Positions 12,640-24,200 of a DNA stretch of 64,000 nucleotides are shown here, in pieces. The stretch comes from Eledone cirrhosa. Taxonomy: Eukaryota. Each line of letters begins with the position of its first letter. The stretch's first letter is position 1. Where the stretch lies: assembly GCA_964016885.1 (NCBI GenBank), contig OZ024744.1, positions 128,278,001 through 128,342,000 on the forward strand. The letters are read 5' to 3'. The position numbers and the translations under genes are program-made. The notes beneath the pieces were generated by a model, which ran no database searches, was not told the origin of the DNA, and worked only from the letters and a program-made list of their open reading frames with translations.

Positions 12640-15490
12640 GTTGGGGGTAAGAGAAGTTGGGGCTAAGTTAATTTGGGGCTAAGTCAAGTTGGGGTTAAGT
12701 CAAGTTGAGGTTAACTTAAGTTGGGGTTAAGTTAAGTTGGGGTTAAGTTAAGTTGGGGTTAAGGTAAGTTGGGGTTAAGTTAAGTTGGGGCTAAGTTAAG
12801 TTGGGGCTAAGTTAAGTTGGGGCTGAGTTAAGTTGGGGTTAAGTTGGGGTTGAGTTAAGTTGGGGTTAAGTTAAGTTGGGATTAAGTTAAGTTGGGGTTA
12901 AGTTAAGTTCGGGTTGAGTTAAGTTGGGGTTAAGTTAAGTTGGGGTTAATTTAAGTTGGGGTTAAGTTAAGTTGGGGTTAAGATAAGTTGGGGTTAAGTT
13001 AAGTTGGGGTTAAGTTAAGTTGGGGTTGAGTTAATTTGGGGTTAAGTTAAGTTGGGGTTAACTTAAGTTGGGGTTAAGTTAAGTTGGGGTTAAGTTAAGT
13101 TGGGGGTAAGTTAAGTTGGGGGCAAGTTGAGTTGGGGTTAAGTTAAGTTGGGGTTAAGTTAAGGTGGGGGTAAGTTAAGTTGGGGGTAAGTTAAGTTGGG
13201 GTTAAGTTAAGTTGGGGTTAAGTTAAGTTGGGTTTAAGTTAAGTTGGGGCTAAGTTAAGTTGGGGCTAAGTTAAGTTGGGGCTGAGTTAAGTTGGGGTTA
13301 AGTTAAGTTGGGGTTGAGTTAAGTTGGGGTTAAATTAAGTTGGGGTTAAGTTGGGGTTAAGTTAAGTTGGGGTTAAATTAAGTTGGGGGTTAGTTAAGTT
13401 GGGGCAAGTTAAGTTGGGGTTAATTTAAGTTGGGGTTAAGTTAAGTTGGGGTTATGTTAAGTTGGGGTTAAGTTAAGTTGGGGTTAAGTTAAGTTGGGGG
13501 TAAGTTAAGTTGGGGTTAAGTTAAGTTGGGGGTAAGTTAAGTTGAGGGTAAGTTAAGTTGGGGTTAAGTCAAGTTGGGGTTCAGTTAAGTTGGGGTTAAG
13601 TTAAGTTGGGGTTGAGTTAAGTTGGGGTTGAGTTAAGTTGGGGTTGAGTTAAGTTGGGTGTAAGTTAAGTTGGGGTTAAGTTAAGTTGGGGTTAAGTTAA
13701 GTTGGGGTTAAGTTAAGTTGGGGGTAAGTTAAGTTGGGGGCAAGTTAAGTTGGGGTTAAGTTAAGTTGGGGTTAAGTTAACTTGGGGTTAAGTTAAGTTG
13801 GGGTTAAGTTAAGTTGGGGTTAAGTTCAGTTGGGGTTAAGTTAAGTTGGGGTTAAGTTAAGTTGGGGGTAAGTTAAGTTGGGGTTAAGTTAAGTTGGGGT
13901 TAAATTAAGTTGAGGTTAAGTTAATTTGGGGTTAAGTTAAGTTGGGGTTAAGTTAAGTTGGGGGTAAGATAAGTTGGGGCTAAGTTAAGTTGGGGCTAAG
14001 TCAAGTTGGGGTTAAGTCAAGTTGAGGTTAACTTAAGTTGGGATTAAGTTAAGTTGGGGTTAAGTTAAGTGGGGTTAAGTTAAGTTGGGGGTAAGAGAAG
14101 TTGGGGCTAATTTAATTTGGGGCTAAGTTAAGTTGGGGTTAAGTCAAGTTGAGGTTAACTTAAGTTGGGGTTAAGTTAAGTTGGGGTTAAGTTAAGTTGG
14201 GGTTAAGGTAAGTTGGGGTTAAGTTAAGTTGGGGCTAAGTTAAGTTGGGGCTAAGTTAAGTTGGGGCTGAGTTAAGTTGGGGTTAAATTGGGGTTGAGTT
14301 AAGTTGGGGTTAAGTTAAGTTGGGATTAAGTTAAGTTGGGGTTAAGTTAAGTTCGGGTTGAGTTAAGTTGGGGTTAAGTTAAGTTGGGGTTAATTTAAGT
14401 TGGGGTTAAGTTAAGTTGGGGTTAAGATAAGTTGGGGTTAAGTTAAGTTGGGGTTAAGTTAAGTTGGGGTTAACTTAAGTTGGGGTTAAGTTAAGTTGGG
14501 GTTAAGTTAAGTTGGGGGTAAGTTAAGTTGGGGGCAAGTTGAGTTGGGGTTAAGTTAAGTTGGGGTTAAGTTAAGGTGGGGGTAAGTTAAGTTGGGGGTA
14601 AGTTAAGTTGGGGTTAAGTTAAGTTGGGGTTAAGTTAAGTTGGGTTTAAGTTAAGTTGGGGCTAAGTTAAGTTGGGGCTAAGTTAAGTTGGGGCTGAGTT
14701 AAGTTGGGGTTAAGTTAAGTTGGGGTTGAGTTAAGTTGGGGTTAAATTAAGTTGGGGTTAAGTTGGGGTTAAGTTAAGTTGGGGTTAAATTAAGTTGGGG
14801 GTTAGTTAAGTTGGGGCAAGTTAAGTTGGGGTTAATTTAAGTTGGGGTTAAGTTAAGTTGGGGTTATGTTAAGTTGGGGTTAAGTTAAGTTGGGGTTAAG
14901 TTAAGTTGGGGGTAAGTTAAGTTGGGGTTAAGTTAAGTTGGGGGTAAATTAAGTTGAGGGTAAGTTAAGTTGGGGTTAAGTCAAGTTGGGGTTCAGTTAA
15001 GTTGGGGTTAAGTTAAGTTGGGGTTGAGTTAAGTTGGGGTTGAGTTAAGTTGGGGTTGAGTTAAGTTGGGTGTAAGTTAAGTTGGGGTTAAGTTAAGTTG
15101 GGGTTAAGTTAAGTTGGGGTTAAGTTAAGTTGGGGGTAAGTTAAGTTGGGGGCAAGTTAAGTTGGGGTTAAGTTAAGTTGGGGTTAAGTTAACTTGGGGT
15201 TAAGTTAAGTTGGGGTTAAGTTAAGTTGGGGTTAAGTTCAGTTGGGGTTAAGTTAAGTTGGGGTTAAGTTAAGTTGGGGGTAAGTTAAGTTGGGGTTAAG
15301 TTAAGTTGGGGTTAAATTAAGTTGAGGTTAAGTTAATTTGGGGTTAAGTTAAGTTGGGGTTAAGTTAAGTTGGGGGTAAGATAAGTTGGGGCTAAGTTAA
15401 GTTGGGGCTAAGTCAAGTTGGGGTTAAGTCAAGTTGAGGTTAACTTAAGTTGGGATTAAGTTAAGTTGGGGTTAAGTTAAGTGGGGTTAA
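12640..15490 (+). repeat. Direct tandem duplication of a ~1.41-1.44 kb higher-order unit
   Basis: GTAAGAGAAG 12647/14091 (offset 1444); AAGGTGGGGG 13161/14573, AACTTGGGG 13779/15191 and GGGATTAAG 14040/15452 (all offset 1412). Confidence 0.88.
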
Positions 15491-18400
15491 GGTAAGTTGG
15501 GGTTAAGTTAAGTTGGGGTTAAGTTAAGTTGGGGTTAAGTTAAGTTGGGGTTAAGTTAAGTTAGGGTTAATTTCAGTTGGGGTTATGTTAAGTTGGGGTT
15601 AAGTTAAGTCGGGGTTAAGTTAAGTTGGGGTTAAGTTGGGGTTAAGTTAAGTTGGGGTTAAGTTAAGTTGGGGGTAAGTTAAGTTGGGGGCAAGTTAAGT
15701 TGGGGTTAATTTAAGTTGGGGTTAAGTTAAGTTGGGGTTATGTTAAGTTGGGGTTAAGTTAAGTTGGGGTTAAGTTAAGTTGGGGGTAACTTAAGTTGGG
15801 GTTAAGTTAAGTTGAGGGTAAGTTAAGTTGAGGGTAAGTTAAATTGAGGTTAAGTTAAGTTGGGGTTAAGTTAAGTTGGGGGTAAGTTAAGTTGGGGGTA
15901 AGTTAAGTTGGGGTTAAGTTAAGTTGGGGTTAAATTAAGTTGAGGTTAAGTTAATTTGGGGTTAAGTTAAGTTGGGGTTAAGTTAAGTTGGGGGTAAGAT
16001 AAGTTGGGGCTAAGTTAAGTTGGGGCTAAGTCAAGTTGGGGTTAAGTCAAGTTGAGGTTAACTTAAGTTGGGGTTAAGTTAAGTTGGGGTTAAGTTAAGT
16101 TGGGGTTAAGATAAGTTGGGGTTAAGTTAAGTTGGGGCTAAGTTAAGTTGGGGCTAAGTTAAGTTGGGGCTGAGTTAAGTTGGGGTTAAGTTGGGGTTGA
16201 GTTAAGTTGGGGTTAAGTTAAGTTGGGATTAAGTTAAGTTGGGGTTAAGTTAAGTTCGGGTTGAGTTAAGTTGGGGTTAATTTAAGTTGGGGTTAATTTA
16301 AGTTGGGGTTAAGTTAAGTTGGGGTTAAGATAAGTTGGGGTTAAGTTAAGTTGGGGTTAAGTTAAGTTGGGGTTGAGTTAATTTGGGGTTAAGTTAAGTT
16401 GGGGTTAACTTAAGTTGGGGTTAAGTTAAGTTGGGGTTAAGTTAAGTTGGGGGTAAGTTAAGTTGGGGGCAAGTTGAGTTGGGGTTAAGTTAAGTTGGGT
16501 TTAAGTTAAGTTGGGGCTAAGTTAAGTTGGGGCTAAGTTAAGTTGGGGCTGAGTTAAGTTGGGGTTAAGTTAAGTTGGGGTTGAGTTAAGTTGGGGTTAA
16601 CTTAAGTTGGGGTTAAGTTAAGTTGGGTTTAAATTAAGTTGGGGGTTAGTTAAGTTGGGGCAAGTTAAGTTGGGGTTAATTTAAGTTGGGGTTAAGTTAA
16701 GTTGGGGTTATGTTAAGTTGGGGTTAAGTTAAGTTGGGGTTAAGTTAAGTTGGGGGTAAGTTAAGTTGGGGTTAAGTTAAGTTGGGGGTAAGTTAAGTTG
16801 AGGGTAAGTTAAGTTGGGGTTAAGTCAAGTTGGGGTTAAGTTAAGTTGGGGTTAAGTTAAGTTGGGGTTGAGTTAAGTTGGGGTTGAGTTAAGTTGGGGT
16901 TAAGTTAAGTTGGGTGTAAGTTAAGTTGGGGTTAAGTTAAGTTGGGGTTAAGTTAAGTTGGGGTTAAGTTAAGTTGGGGGTAAGTTAAGTTGGGGGCAAG
17001 TTAAGTTGGGGTTAAGTTAAGTTGGGGTTAAGTTAAGTTGGGGTTAAGTTAAGTTGGGGTTAAGTTAAGTTGGGGTTAAGTTAAGTTGGGGGTAAGTTAA
17101 GTTGGGGTTAAGTTAAGTTGGGGTTAAATTAAGTTGAGGTTAAGTTAATTTGGGGTTAAGTTAAGTTGGGGTTAAGTTAAGTTGGGGGTAAGATAAGTTG
17201 GGGCTAAGTTAAGTTGGGGTTATGTTAAGTTGGGGTTAAATTAAGTTGGGGTTAAGTTAAGTTGGGGTTAATTTAAGTTGGGGTTAAGTTAAGTTGGGGT
17301 TAAGTTAAGTTGGAGTTAAGTCAAGTTGGGGTTAAGTCAAGTTGGGGTTAAGTCAAGTTGGGGTTAAGTCATGTTGGGGTTAAGTTAAGTTGGGGTTAAG
17401 TTAAGTTGGGGTTAAGTTAAGTTGGGGGTAAGTTAAGTTGGGTGTAAGTTAAGTTGGGGTTAAGTTAAGTTGGGGTTCAGTTCAGTTGGGGTTAAGTTAA
17501 GTTGGGGTTAAGTTAAGTTGGAGTTAAGTTAAGTTGGAGTTAAGTTAAGTTGGGGTTAAGCTAAGTTGGGGTTCAGTTAAGTTGGGGTTAAGTTAATTTG
17601 GGGCTGAGTTAAGTTGGGGTTAAGTTAAGATCGGGTTGAGTTAAGTTGGGGTTAAGTTAAGTTGGGGTTAAGTTAAGTTGGGGTTAAGTTAAGTTGGGGT
17701 TAAGATAAGTTGGGGTTAAGTTAAGTTGGGGTTAATTTACGTTGGGGTTGAGTTAATTTGGGTTTAAGTTAAGTTGGGCTTAACTTAAGTTGGGGTTAAG
17801 TTGGGGTTAAGTTAAGTTGGGGTTAAGTTAAGTTGGGGGTAAGTTAAGTTGGGGGCAAGTTAAGTTGGGGTTAATTTAAGTTGGGGTTAAGTTAAGTTGG
17901 GGTTATGTTAAGTTGGGGTTAAGTTAAGTTGGGGTTAAGTTAAGTTGGGGGTAACTTAAGTTGGGGTTAAGTTAAGTTGAGGGTAAGTTAAGTTGAGGGT
18001 AAGTTAAATTGAGGTTAAGTTAAGTTGGGGTTAAGTTAAGTTGGGGGTAAGTTAAGTTGGGGGTAAGTTAAGTTGGGGTTAAGTTAAGTTGGGGTTAAAT
18101 TAAGTTGAGGTTAAGTTAATTTGGGGTTAAGTTAAGTTGGGGTTAAGTTAAGTTGGGGGTAAGAGAAGTTGGGGCTAAGTTAAGTTGGGGCTAAGTCAAG
18201 TTGGGGTTAAGTCAAGTTGAGGTTAACTTAAGTTGGGGTTAAGTTAAGTTGGGGTTAAGTTAAGTTGGGGTTAAGGTAAGTTGGGGTTAAGTTAAGTTGG
18301 GGCTAAGTTAAGTTGGGGCTAAGTTAGGTTGGGGCTGAGTTAAGTTGGGGTTAAGTTGGGGTTGAGTTAAGTTGGGGTTAAGTTAAGTTGGGATTAAGTT

Positions 18401-21260
18401 AAGTTGGGGTTAAGTTAAGTTCGGGTTGAGTTAAGTTGGGGTTAAGTTAAGTTGGGGTTAATTTAAGTTGGGGTTAAGTTAAGTTGGGGTTAAGATAAGT
18501 TGGGGTTAAGTTAAGTTGGGGTTAAGTTAAGTTGGGGTTAAGTTAAGTTGGGGTTGAGTTAATTTGGGGTTAAGTTAAGTTGGGGTTAACTTAAGTTGGG
18601 GTTAAGTTAAGTTGGGGTTAAGTTAAGTTCGGGGTAAGTTAAGTTGGGGGCAAGTTGAGTTGGGGTTAAGTTAAGTTGGGGTTAAGTTAAGGTGGGGGTA
18701 AGTTAAGTTGGGGGTAAGTTAAGTTGGGGTTAAGTTAAGTTGGGGTTAAGTTAAGTTGGGTTTAAGTTAAGTTGGGGCTAAGTTAAGTTGGGGCTAAGTT
18801 AAGTTGGGGCTGAGTTAAGTTGGGGTTAAGTTAAGTTGGGGTTGAGTTAAGTTGGGGTTAAATTAAGTTGGGGTTAAGTTGGGGTTAAGTTAAGTTGGGG
18901 TTAAATTAAGTTGGGGGTTAGTTAAGTTGGGGCAAGTTAAGTTGGGGTTAATTTAAGTTGGGGTTAAGTTAAGTTGGGGTTATGTTAAGTTGGGGTTAAG
19001 TTAAGTTGGGGTTAAGTTAAGTTGGGGTTAAGTTAAGTTGGGGGTAAGTTAAGTTGAGGGTAAGTTAAGTTGGGGTTAAGTCAAGTTGGGGTTCAGTTAA
19101 GTTGGGGTTAAGTTAAGTTGGGGTTGAGTTAAGTTGGGGTTGAGTTAAGTTGGGGTTAAGTTAAGTTGGGTGTAAGTTAAGTTGGGGTTAAGTTAAGTTG
19201 GGGTTAAGTTAAGTTGGGGTTAAGTTAAGTTGGGGGTAAGTTAAGTTGGGGGCAAGTTAAGTTGGGGTTAAGTTAAGTTGGGGTTAAGTTAACTTGGGGT
19301 TAAGTTAAGTTGGGGTTAAGTTAAGTTGGGGTTAAGTTAAGTTGGGGTTAAGTTAAGTTGGGGTTAAGTTAAGTTGGGGGTAAATTAAGTTGGGGTTAAG
19401 TTAAGTTGGGGTTAAATTAAGTTGAGGTTAAGTTAATTTGGGGTTAAGTTAAGTTGGGGTTAAGTTAAGTTGGGGGTAAGATAAGTTGGGGCTAAGTTAA
19501 GTTGGGGCTAAGTCAAGTTGGGGTTAAGTCAAGTTGAGGTTAACTTAAGTTGGGATTAAGTTAAGTTGGGGTTAAGTTAAGTGGGGTTAAGGTAAGTTGG
19601 GGTTAAGTTAAGTTGGGGTTAAGTTAAGTTGGGGTTAAGTTAAGTTGGGGTTAAGTTAAGTTAGGGTTAATTTCAGTTGGGGTTATGTTAAGTTGGGGTT
19701 AAGTTAAGTCGGGGTTAAGTTAAGTTGGGGTTAAGTTGGGGTTAAGTTAAGTTGGGGTTAAGTTAAGTTGGGGGTAAGTTAAGTTGGGGGCAAGTTAAGT
19801 TGGGGTTAATTTAAGTTGGGGTTAAGTTAAGTTGGGGTTATGTTAAGTTGGGGTTAAGTTAAGTTGGGGTTAAGTTAAGTTGGGGGTAACTTAAGTTGGG
19901 GTTAAGTTACGTTGAGGGTAAGTTAAGTTGAGGGTAAGTTAAATTGAGGTTAAGTTAAGTTGGGGTTAAGTTAAGTTGGGGGTAAGTTAAGTTGGGGGTA
20001 AGTTAAGTTGGGGTTAAGTTAAGTTGGGGTTAAATTAAGTTGAGGTTAAGTTAATTTGGGGTTAAGTTAAGTTGGGGTTAAGTTAAGTTGGGGGTAAGAT
20101 AAGTTGGGGCTAAGTTAAGTTGGGGCTAAGTCAAGTTGGGGTTAAGTCAAGTTGAGGTTAACTTAAGTTGGGGTTAAGTTAAGTTGGGGTTAAGTTAAGT
20201 TGGGGTTAAGGTAAGTTGGGGTTAAGTTAAGTTGGGGCTAAGTTAAGTTGGGGCTAAGTTAAGTTGGGGCTGAGTTAAGTTGGGGTTAAGTTTGGGTTGA
20301 GTTAAGTTGGGGTTAAGTTAAGTTGGGATTAAGTTAAGTTGGGGTTAAGTTAAGTTCGGGTTGAGTTAAGTTGGGGTTAATTTAAGTTGGGGTTAATTTA
20401 AGTTGGGGTTAAGTTAAGTTGGGGTTAAGATAAGTTGGGGTTAAGTTAAGTTGGGGTTAAGTTAAGTTGGGGTTGAGTTAATTTGGGGTTAAGTTAAGTT
20501 GGGGTTAACTTAAGTTGGGGTTAAGTTAAGTTGGGGTTAAGTTAAGTTGGGGGTAAGTTAAGTTGGGGGCAAGTTGAGTTGGGGTTAAGTTAAGTTGGGT
20601 TTAAGTTAAGTTGGGGCTAAGTTAAGTTGGGGCTAAGTTAAGTTGGGGCTGAGTTAAGTTGGGGTTAAGTTAAGTTGGGGTTGAGTTAAGTTGGGGTTAA
20701 CTTAAGTTGGGGTTAAGTTGGGGTTAAGTTAAGTTGGGGTTAAATTAAGTTGGGGGTTAGTTAAGTTGGGGCAAGTTAAGTTGGGGTTAATTTAAGTTGG
20801 GGTTAAGTTAAGTTGGGGTTATGTTAAGTTGGGGTTAAGTTAAGTTGGGGTTAAGTTAAGTTGGGGGTAAGTTAAGTTGGGGTTAAGTTAAGTTGGGGGT
20901 AAGTTAAGTTGAGGGTAAGTTAAGTTGGGGTTAAGTCAAGTTGGGGTTAAGTTAAGTTGGGGTTAAGTTAAGTTGGGGTTGAGTTAAGTTGGGGTTAAGT
21001 TAAGTTGGGGTTAAGTTAAGTTGGGGGTAAGTTAAGTTGGGGGCAAGTTAAGTTGGGGTTAAGTTAAGTTGGGGTTAAGTTAAGTTGGGGTTAAGTTAAG
21101 TTGGGGTTAAGTTAAGTTGGGGTTAAGTTAAGTTGGGGGTAAGTTAAGTTGGGGTTAAGTTAAGTTGGGGTTAAATTAAGTTGAGGTTAAGTTAATTTGG
21201 GGTTAAGTTAAGTTGGGGTTAAGTTAAGTTGGGGGTAAGATAAGTTGGGGCTAAGTTAAG
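14090..21260 (+). repeat. ~3.1 kb block (~14090-17200) recopied at ~4.1 kb offset (~18160-21260)
   Basis: AAGGTGGGGG 14573/18689 (offset 4116); GTGGGGTTAAGGTAAG 15481/19581 and AAGTCGGGG 15606/19706 (both offset 4100). Confidence 0.82.
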
Positions 21261-24200
21261 TTGGGGCTAAGTCAAGTTGGGGTTAAGTCAAGTTGAGGTT
21301 AACTTAAGTTGGGGTTAAGTTAAGTTGGGGTTAAGTTAAGTTGGGGTTAAGGTAAGTTGGGGTTAAGTTAAGTTGGGGTTAAGTTAAGTTGGGGTTAAGT
21401 TAAGTTGGGGTTAAGTTAAGTTAGGGTTAATTTCAGTTGGGGTTATGTTAAGTTGGGGTTAAGTTAAGTTGGGGTTAAGTTAAGTTGAGGTTAAGTTAAG
21501 TTGGAGTTAAGTTGGGGTTAAGCTAAGTTGGGGTTAAGTTAATTTGCGGTTAAGTTAGGTTGTGGGTTAAGTTAAGTTGGGGTTAAGTTAAGCTGGGGTT
21601 AAGTTAGGGTAAGTTAAGTTGGGGGTAAGTTAAGTTGGGGTTAAGTTAAGTTGGGGTTAAGTTAGGTTGGGGTTAAGTTAAGTTGGGGTTAAGTTAAGTT
21701 GGGGTTGAGTTAAGTTGGGGTTGAGTTAAGTTGGGGTTAAGTTAAGTTGGGGATAAGTTAAGTTGGGGTTAAGTTAAGTTGGGGTTAAGTTAAGTTGGGG
21801 GTAAGTTAAGTTGGGGGCAAGTTAAGTTGGGGTTAAGTTAAGTTGGGGTTAAGTTAAGTTGGGGTTAAGTTAAGTTGGGGTTAAGTTAAGTTGGGGTTAA
21901 GTTAAGTTAGGGTTAATTTCAGTTGGGGTTATGTTAAGTTGGGGTTAAGTTAAGTTGGGGTTAAGTTAAAGTTGGGGTTAAGTTAAGTTGGGGTAAAGTT
22001 AAGTTAGGGTTAAGTTAAGTTGGGGTTAAGTTAAGTTGGGGTTAAATTAAGTTGGGGTTAAGTTAAGTTGGGGTTAAGTTAAGTTGGGGTTATATTAAGT
22101 TGGGGTTCAGTTAAGTTGGGGTTAAATTAAGTTGGGGTTAAGTTAAGTTGGGGTTAGTTAAGTTGGGGTTAAGTTAAGTTGGGGTTAAGTTAAGTTGGGG
22201 TTAAGTTAAGTTGGGGTTAAGTTAAGTTGGCGTTAAGTTAAGTTGCGGTTAAGTTAAGTTGGGGTTAAATTAAGTTGGGGTTAAGTTAAGTTGGGGTTAA
22301 TTTAAGTTGGGGTTAAGTTAAGTTGGGGTTAAGTTAAGTTGGAGTTAAGTCAAGTTGGGGTTAAGTCAAGTTGGGGTTAAGTCAAGTTGGGGTTAAGTCA
22401 AGTTGGGGTTAAGTTAAGTTGGGGTTAAGTTAAGTTGGGGTTAAGTTAAGTTGGGGTTAAGTTAAGTTGGAGTTAAGTTAAGTTGGAGTTAAGTTAAGTT
22501 GGGGTTAAGCTAAGTTGGGGTTCAGTTAAGTTGGGGTTAAGTTAATTTGGGGCTGAGTTAAGTTGGGGTTAAGTTAAGTTCGGGTTGAGTTAAGTTGGGG
22601 TTAAGTTAAGTTGGGGTTAAGATAAGTTGGGGTTAAGTTAAGTTGGGGTTAATTTCAGTTGGGGTTGAGTTAATTTGGGTTTAAGTTAAGTTGGGCTAAA
22701 CTTAAGTTGGGGTTAAGTTGGGGTTAAGTTAAGTTGGGGTTAAGTTAAGTTGGGGGTAAGTTAAGTTGGGGGCAAGTTAAGTTGGGGTTAATTTAAGTTG
22801 GGGTTAAGTTAAGTTGGGGTTATGTTAAGTTGGGGTTAAGTTAAGTTGGGGTTAAGTTAAGTTGGGGGTAACTTAAGTTGGGGTTAAGTTAAGTTGAGGG
22901 TAAGTTAAGTTGAGGGTAAGTTAAATTGAGGTTAAGTTAAGTTGGGGTTAAGTTAAGTTGGGGGTAAGTTAAGTTGGGGGTAAGTTAAGTTGGGGTTAAG
23001 TTAAGTTGGGGTTAAATTAAGTTGAGGTTAAGTTAATTTGGGGTTAAGTTAAGTTGGGGTTAAGTTAAGTTGGGGTTATGTTAAGTTAGGGTTGAGTTAA
23101 GTTGGGGTTGAGTTAAGTTGGGGTTAAGTTAAGTTGGCGTTAAGTTAAGTTGCGGTTAAGTTAAGTTGGGGTTATGTTAAATTAGGGTTGAGTTAAGTTG
23201 GGGTTGAGTTAAGTTGGGGTTAAGTTAAGTTGGCGTTAAGTTAAGTTGGGGTTAAGTTAAGTTGGGGTTAAGTTAAGTTGGGGTAAGTTAAGTTGGGGGC
23301 AAGTTAAGTTGGGGTTAAGTTAAGTTGGGGTTAAGTTAAGTTGGGGTTAAGTCAAGTTGGGGTTAAGTCAAGTTGGGGTTAAGTCAAGTTGGGGTTAAGT
23401 TAAGCTGGGGTTAAGTTGGGGTAAGTTAAGTTGGGGTTAAGTTAAGTTGGGGTTAAGTTAAGTTGGGGTTAAGTTAAGTTGGGGTTGAGTTAAGTTGGGG
23501 TTGAGTTAAGTTGGGGTTGAGTTAAGTTGGGGTTAAGTTAAGTTGGGGTTAAGTTAAGTTGGGGTTAAGTTAAGTTGGGGTTAAGTTAAGTTGGGGGTAA
23601 GTTAAGTTGGGGGCAAGTTAAGTTGGGGTTAAGTTAAGTTGGGGTTAAGTTAAGTTGGGGTTAAGTTAAGTTGGGGTTAAGTTAAGTTGGGGTTCAGTTA
23701 AGTTGGGGTTAAATTAAGTTGGGGTTAAATTAAGTTGGGGTTCAGTTAAGTTGGGGTTAAATTAAGTTGGGGTTAAGTTAAGTTGGGGTTAGTTAAGTTG
23801 GGGTTAAGTTAAGTTGGGGTTAAGTTAAGTTGGGGTTAAGTTAAGTTGGGGTTAAGTTAAGTTGGCGTTAAGTTAAGTTGGGGTTAAGTTAAGTTGGGGT
23901 TAATTTAAGTTGGGGTTAAGTTAAGTTGGGGTTAAGTTAAGTTGGAGTTAAGTCAAGTTGGGGTTAAATCAAGTTGGGGTTAAGTCAAGTTGGGGTTAAG
24001 TCAAGTTGGGGTTAAGTTAAGTTGGGGTTAAGTTAAGTTGGGGTTAAGTTAAGTTGGGGGTAAGTTAAGTTGGGGTTAAGTTAAGTTGGGGTTCAGTTCA
24101 GTTGGGGTTAAGTTAAGTTGGGGTTAAGTTAAGCTGGGGGTAAGTTAAGTTGGGTGTAAGTTAAGTTGGGGTTAATTTAAGTTGGGGTTAAGTTAAGTTG

